Source: Macrostomum lignano (lineage: Eukaryota). From it: a stretch of 64,000 nt of DNA. This document shows, piece by piece, positions 60,175-64,000 of this stretch (its first letter is position 1; each line of letters begins with the position of its first letter). The stretch spans positions 1 to 64,000 of the forward strand of contig NIVC01001057.1 in NCBI GenBank assembly GCA_002269645.1, written 5' to 3'. A model generated the notes under the pieces. It saw nothing but the letters and a program-made list of their open reading frames with translations, had not been told where the DNA came from and did not search any database. A program made the position numbers and the translations under genes.

Positions 60175-60655
60175 GATTAGGGGTGTGCAGCTCAGTGGAA
60201 TAGGGGTGTGCAGCTCAGTGGATTAGGGTTTGCAGCTCAGAGGATTAGGAGTGTGCAGCTCAGTGAATTAGGGGTGTGCAGCTCAGTGGATTAGGGGTGT
60301 GCAGCTCACTGGATTAGGGGTGTGCAGCTCAGTGAATTAGGGGTGTGCAGCTCACTGGATTAGGGGTGTGCAGCTCAGTAAATTAGGGGTGTGCAGTTCA
60401 GTGAATTAGGGGTGTGCAGTTCAGTGGATTAGGGGTGTGCAGTTAACTGGATTAGGGGTGTGCAGCTCAGTGGATTAGGGGTGTGCAGCTCAGTGAATTA
60501 GGGGTGTGCAGCTCAGTGGATTAGGGGTGTGCAGCTCAGTGGATTAGGGGTGTGCAGCTCAGTGAATTAGGGATGTGCAGCTCAGTGAATTAGGGATGTG
60601 CAGCTCAGTGGATTAGGGGTGTGCAGCTCAGTGGATTAGGGGTGTGCAGCTCAGT
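60175..60655. repeat. 23-bp minisatellite (GGATTAGGGGTGTGCAGCTCAGT), TTAGGG in most units
   Basis: Direct reading. Confidence 0.95.
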
Positions 60656-61094
60656 GTGACTCCAGTTCGTAACACTCCAAAGGCGCTTTTATTGCGGCTT
60701 TTTCCCAAATTTTCAAAGTTCACAGCGGAAGGGGGGAGGAAGAAGAAGACGGGAACACAGAAAACTGCTCCGGCCTTCAAAACACCTCCCCACTCTGCGC
60801 ACCAAGCCGGTTTGCACTGTCCGTCAACAGCAACTTGCACAAACAAATCCGTCTTTTTCAAAGTCGGCTCGCAATGCGCGGTAGCCGCGATAAATTATGC
60901 TAAATTATGCCCAGTCAACTCACATGGCTTTTCTGTCTTTGAGCTGGGGTGAGCTATTTTGCTTGAGAAGCTGCCTCTGTAGGTCGAGCAATTCAACAAA
61001 AGAGCGATACCGCCTTTGGGGCCTGAATTAGCATGCCGCCTGCACTGGGAATTATTCATGCTGATGAGGAATGGAGGCTGACAACTTCTGAGAT

Positions 61095-61305
61095 CATTCA
61101 TTCTACTCCATCCTTCATCATCAGCCTCCATCCTACATCAGTCTCCATCCTTCATCAGCCTTTGCTCTTCATCAGCCTCCATCCTTCATAAACCTTCATC
61201 CTTCATCAGCCTTCATCCATCATCATCAGTCTCCATCCTTCATCAGCCTCCATCCTTCATCAGCCTCCACCCTTCATCAGCCTCCACCCTTCATCAGCCT
61301 TTGCT
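61095..61305. repeat. 17-bp degenerate repeat (CATCAGCCTCCATCCTT)
   Basis: Direct reading. Confidence 0.85.
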
Positions 61306-61379
61306 TCCTTATCCAGCAGCTGTCACCGAGAGCTAAAGGATGTCAGTACGCACTGTTATTGCAAAGTGCACGTACACAA

Positions 61380-61577
61380 TCAGCATAGCATTACTAACAA
61401 TAGTAATAACGGTGAGTATTGCAGTATGCGTGCCATTCCCAGGCCGGCATCAATCTTGGCATTCAGGGCCTCCTCGCCAGCGCCCATTCCGCAGCTCTGA
61501 GCGGTCAGGGCAAACAGTCGCTGTCTGGCAGTCCCCGCCAGCCTCCCTAACTGGGCTGGGGCGCTGCGGCAGCACGG
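61380..61577 (-). CDS. Putative terminal coding exon with hydrophobic C-terminus (GPI-signal-like); upstream exons not identified
   Basis: Acceptor CCCCTACATCTCAG| then a phase-0 open frame of 65 codons PCCRSAPAQLGRLAGTARQRLFALTAQSCGMGAGEEALNAKIDAGLGMARILQYSPLLLLLVMLC*; the other two frames stop earlier; coding-like codon use. Confidence 0.3.
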   Translation of the reverse strand, partial: PCCRSAPAQLGRLAGTARQRLFALTAQSCGMGAGEEALNAKIDAGLGMARILQYSPLLLLLVMLC

Positions 61578-61734
61578 CTGAGATGTAGGGGGAGGGGCGG
61601 TCCGGCTGGGAATCTCGCCACTCTACTCATCTCGGCTCCCTTTTCCTCGCATCTCCCTGCTTTCTGAATTCATCCGCTGCTGTCTCTGGCTCTCGTCTCT
61701 TTCCTCTGTTTCGTTTTAGTAGCGAGAGAGGATC

Positions 61735-63040
61735 AGATAGATATTCAATGGACACGCGATAGATATCAGATAGATATTCAATAGACATCCAATAGATTTC
61801 AGATAGATATTCAATGGACATCCAATAGATATCAGACAGATATTCAATGGACATCCAATAGATGCCGGATAGATGCCAGATAGATGTCACATGGATGCCG
61901 GATAGATGCCAGATAGATGCCAGATAGATGCCGGATAGATGCCAGATAGATGTCACATGGATGCCGGATAGATGCCAGATAGATGCCAGATAGATGCCGG
62001 ATAGATGCCAGATAGATGTCACATGAATGCCGGATAGATGCCAGATAGATGCCAGATAGATGCCAGATAGATGCCAGATAGATGCCAGATAGATGCCAGA
62101 TAGACTCCGGATAGATGCCAGATAGATGTCACATGGATGCCGGATAGATGCCAGATAGATGCCAGATAGATGCCAGATAGATGCCAGATAGATGCCAGAT
62201 AGATGCCGGATAGATGCCAGATAGATGTCACATGGATGCCGGATAGATGCCAGATAGATAGATGCCAGATAGATGCCAGATAGATGCCAGATAGATGCCA
62301 GATAGATGCCAGATAGACTCCGGATAGATGCCAGATAGATGTCACATGGATGCCGGATAGATGCCAGATAGATGCCAGATAGATGCCAGATAGATGCCAG
62401 ATAGATGCCAGATAGATGCCAGATAGATGCCAGATAGATGCCAGATAGACTCCGGATAGATGCCAGATAGATTCCAGATAGATGCCAGATAGATGCCAGA
62501 TAGATGCCGGATAGATGCCATGCCAGATAGATGCCAGATAGATGCCGGATAGATGCCGGATAGATGCCGGATAGATGCCGGATAGATGCCTGATAGATTC
62601 CAGATAGATGTCACATGGATGCCAGATAGATGCCGGATAGATGCCAGATAGATGCCGGATAGATGCCAGATAGATGTCACATGGATGCCAGATAGATGCC
62701 GGATAGATGTCAGATAGATGCCAGATAGATGCCAGATAGATGCCGGATAGATGCCATGCCAGATAGATGCCAGATAGATGCCGGATAGATGCCGGATAGA
62801 TGCCGGATAGATGCCGGATAGATGCCTGATAGATTCCAGATAGATGTCACATGGATGCCAGATAGATGCCGGATAGATACCAGATAGATGCCGGATAGAT
62901 GCCAGATAGATGCCGGATAGATGCCAGATAGATGTCACATGGATGCCAGATAGATGCCGGATAGATGCCAGATAGATGCCGGATAGATGCCAGATAGATG
63001 CCAGATAGATGCCAGATAGATGCCGGATAGATGCCAGATA
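61735..63040. repeat. 11-bp minisatellite (GATAGATGCC[A/G]) with interspersed GATGTCACATG variants
   Basis: Direct reading. Confidence 0.96.
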
Positions 63041-63311
63041 CTCGTAGGCTGCAAGCCATGCAGCGGAGACCCGGGCAGAGGCGGTCTGAGCGCTTTGAAT
63101 AAAGGAAGGGTGGGCGCTGGGCGGACTTTGTCAAACTTGTCGCTGTCGCATAGGGGCTGCCGCAGCCCTCAGAGAGGTCGAAGGAGTAGCGGCGGGGATT
63201 TGATTAGAGCGGCAATTTTGGCTGTGAGAGGCGTGGGGAATGAAATTATCCCGGAGCTCTTGGAGTGCTCAGCTGCCCCTAATGCAATTTTCCTGCGTTG
63301 CACAGCTGGAC

Positions 63312-63920
63312 TCAGGTTCGGGTTCCCGATTTCAGATTCGGGTCCCCGATTTCAGATTCGAGTTCCCATTTTCAGATTCGGGTTCCTGATTTCAGATTCA
63401 AGTTCTCGATTTCGGATTCGGGTTCCTGATTTTGGATTCGGGTTTCCGATTTCAGATTCGGGTTCCTGATTTCAGATTCAAGTTCTCGATTTCGGATTCG
63501 GGTTCCCGATTTCAGATTCGGGTTTCCGATTTCAGATTCGGGTTTCCGATTTCAGATTCGGGTTTCCGATTTCAGATTCGGGTTTCCGATTTCAGATTCG
63601 GGTTTCCGATTTCAGATTCAGTTCCCGATTTCGGATTCGGGTTCTCGATTTCGGATTCGGGTTCCCGATTTCAGATTCGAGCTCCCGTTTTCAGATTCGA
63701 GTTCCCGTTTTCAGATTCAGGTTCTCAATTACGGATCCGGGTTCTCGATTTTGGATTCGGGTTCTCGATTTCGGGTTCGGGTTTCCGATTTCGGATTCGA
63801 GTTCCAGATTTCGGATTCGGTTCCCCATTTTGGATTCGGGTTCTCGATTTCGGATTCGGGTTCCCGATTTCAGATCCGGGTTCCTGATTTCAGATTCGGG
63901 TTCCCGATTTCTGATTCGGT
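63312..63920. repeat. 20-bp minisatellite (GGGTTTCCGATTTCAGATTC)
   Basis: Direct reading. Confidence 0.95.
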
Positions 63921-64000
63921 CCGCGGTCGGGAACCCAGCTTAATTAGCCACTTCATTAGCTGGACTGCGCTGACCAGGCTGCCGCTGAACTCTGATTAGC

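Noticed and set aside
63041-63310. Candidate upstream exon for the orphan 61380-61577 exon
   Set aside because: All three frames stop after the best acceptor (CTCTCACAG); alternative boundaries need weak sites.
58127-63999. Repetitive ORFs MTDSHGLF, ASIWHLSGIY and RFQIRV
   Set aside because: Translations of 24-, 11- and 20-bp minisatellites.

Overview
Eukaryotic (animal) genomic DNA. GC3-rich spliced genes with GT-AG introns sit among dozens of unrelated minisatellites and several sharply bounded AT-rich blocks. This architecture suggests a free-living flatworm such as Macrostomum lignano (inference, not provable here). Supported protein-coding genes: the 5' end of a secreted/receptor gene with an iGluR-like N-terminus (minus, runs off the left edge), intronless NAGS (minus), PICALM/AP180 (plus, 9 exons), a C16orf89/UPF0764 homolog (plus, 6 exons), MOB2 (minus, 2 exons), mRNA capping enzyme RNGTT (plus, 9 exons), DMAP1 (plus, 4 exons), and possibly an orphan terminal exon near 61.4 kb. 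Mobile DNA: a 5'-truncated RTE-like LINE with 11-bp TSD, a full-length DD34D mariner with one nonsense codon, a hAT-like MITE, a TIR element carrying a piggyBac fragment, and a decayed LINE endonuclease fragment. Most long ORFs in the supplied track are artefacts of tandem repeats. The most unusual signals: (1) a genome-encoded sequence resembling the flatworm spliced leader just upstream of DMAP1, which appears to have seeded a minisatellite; (2) intronic arrays that amplify the 5' splice site itself (22 and 10 donor copies); (3) a tandem duplication with reciprocal gene loss, in which single-copy sequence in one block is a minisatellite in the other; (4) AT-rich domains with C-to-T changes at CpG and CpA that also affect coding exons. 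Family assignments rest on recalled motifs; no database searches were run.
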